From: a virus
Reading direction: 5' to 3' (one strand)
DNA length: 33,968 bases
IMG/VR virus record: IMGVR_UViG_3300045988_136498
Below the pieces are notes generated by a model. The model was not told where the DNA came from and made no database searches. It saw nothing but the letters and a program-made list of their open reading frames with translations. The translations under genes were made by a program, and so were the position numbers. Shown here one piece after another: positions 33,373-33,968 of this stretch (the stretch's first letter is position 1; every line of letters begins with the position of its first letter).

Positions 33373-33708
33373 ATGAGCAGCTGCAATCACGACTGCTTCA
33401 ACTGTCCGTATCCCGACTGCATTGTGGATGACATGACCGCAGAGGAGTATCGAGAGCTGAGCAGGATTGAACGGGAACTCATCAGACCGAAGAGCCGAAA
33501 GGAGCTAGCGATCGCAGCGAAGAAGCGCGAGTACCGGGAGGCGAATCGCGAATCGATCGCAGCGAAGCAGCGCGAGTACCGGGAGGCGAATCGCGAATCG
33601 ATCGCAGCGAAGCAGCGCGAGTACCGGGAGGCGAATCGCGAATCGATCGCAGCGAAGAAGCGCGAGTACCGGGAGGCGAAAAGAAAAGGAGGGAGTGAGC
33701 GAGGATGA
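33373..33708 (+). CDS. Cys-rich early protein with a 15-aa tandem repeat array
   Basis: CNHDCFNCPYPDC at the N-terminus, then IAAK(K/Q)REYREANRES repeated about 3.8 times. Confidence 0.65.
   Translation: MSSCNHDCFNCPYPDCIVDDMTAEEYRELSRIERELIRPKSRKELAIAAKKREYREANRESIAAKQREYREANRESIAAKQREYREANRESIAAKKREYREAKRKGGSERG
33511..33680 (+). repeat. 45-bp tandem repeat, about 3.8 copies, in frame
   Basis: Units at 33511-33555, 33556-33600 and 33601-33645, plus a partial unit at 33646-33680. Units differ only by A/C at one position. Confidence 0.95.
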
Positions 33709-33920
33709 AACGGAAACCGAAATTCGCGAAGGTGCGATACAGAATGGCGGAGCTGGGAATCACACAGTATGAGCTGGCGATAGAGATCGACAGAACGCCA
33801 TGCTATGTGAGCAGAGCGTTATCGGGGAAAAGCCAACTGACGCTGAAGGACGTATGGGGGATCATGCAGACGCTCGGGATATTAAGGGAAGACATGGGCG
33901 AATACTTCGGAAGCATGTAA
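33705..33920 (+). CDS. DUF739-like HTH protein
   Basis: AELGITQYELAIEIDRTPCYVSRALSGKSQLTLKDVWGIMQTLGILREDMGEYF. Its 3' end is duplicated at 1-51. Confidence 0.6.
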   Translation: MKRKPKFAKVRYRMAELGITQYELAIEIDRTPCYVSRALSGKSQLTLKDVWGIMQTLGILREDMGEYFGSM

Positions 33921-33968
33921 GCGGCAAAAGAGAGGATCACGCGCATAGCGCGTCGCGAAAAAAAAAAG
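33870..33968. repeat. Terminal direct repeat, right copy (identical to 1-99)
   Basis: Exact identity to bases 1-99. Confidence 0.95.

Larger units (their letters stand above)
1..33968. mobile_element. Complete temperate tailed-phage genome (podovirus-like gene set), circularly permuted; unit length about 33,869 bp
   Basis: Has integrase, CI-like repressor, TerS/TerL, portal, scaffold, capsid, tail fibre and a lysis cassette. The 99-bp ends are identical. Confidence 0.9.

Noticed and set aside
33511-33680. Possible CRISPR array.
   Set aside because: The repeats are directly tandem with no spacers. They are in frame and lie inside a coding sequence.

Overview
The window is one complete, circularly permuted genome of a temperate tailed phage. 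Bases 1-99 are identical to 33870-33968, so the unit length is about 33,869 bp. Composition is GC-rich Firmicutes/Clostridia-like and standard code 11 fits.

Modules, in order:
- Lysogeny switch (about 32.7-33.2 kb): a CI-like repressor with divergent near-consensus promoters.
- Rightward early operon, which wraps across the window ends: DUF739-like HTH, secreted SleB-like hydrolase, small Zn-finger proteins, HNH endonuclease, a frame-broken Dam-like methyltransferase, a DUF6273-like protein, an HUH rolling-circle Rep and a sigma-r4-like regulator.
- An oppositely oriented 4-gene cassette (6.6-7.7 kb) with its own consensus promoter.
- Packaging and head genes: TerS, TerL, portal, scaffold, and a major capsid protein with a C-terminal Ig-like domain.
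- A minimal, podovirus-like tail region: 124-aa and 677-aa proteins, an 8.1-kb ORF of 2701 aa carrying an HExxH motif, a tail fibre and a 155-aa protein.
- Lysis cassette: a PG-binding NlpC/P60 endolysin, a membrane protein and an LL-H-type holin.
- A terminator-insulated 5-gene accessory cassette (27.6-29.9 kb).
- The attP region, a tyrosine integrase and two membrane proteins.

Most notable observations:
1. The true coding frame appears to switch to +1 inside the giant ORF. That frame ends at a stop followed by a canonical intrinsic terminator, yet the 0 frame stays open.
2. The leftward cassette has an Acr-Aca-like layout.
3. The post-lysis cassette is Cys/Gln-rich.
4. Three frame or stop disruptions lie in early genes (G7 tract, (AT)3, in-frame TAA).
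5. A near-perfect 45-bp in-frame tandem repeat lies in an early gene.

All family assignments rest on motif recognition by eye. No searches were run.
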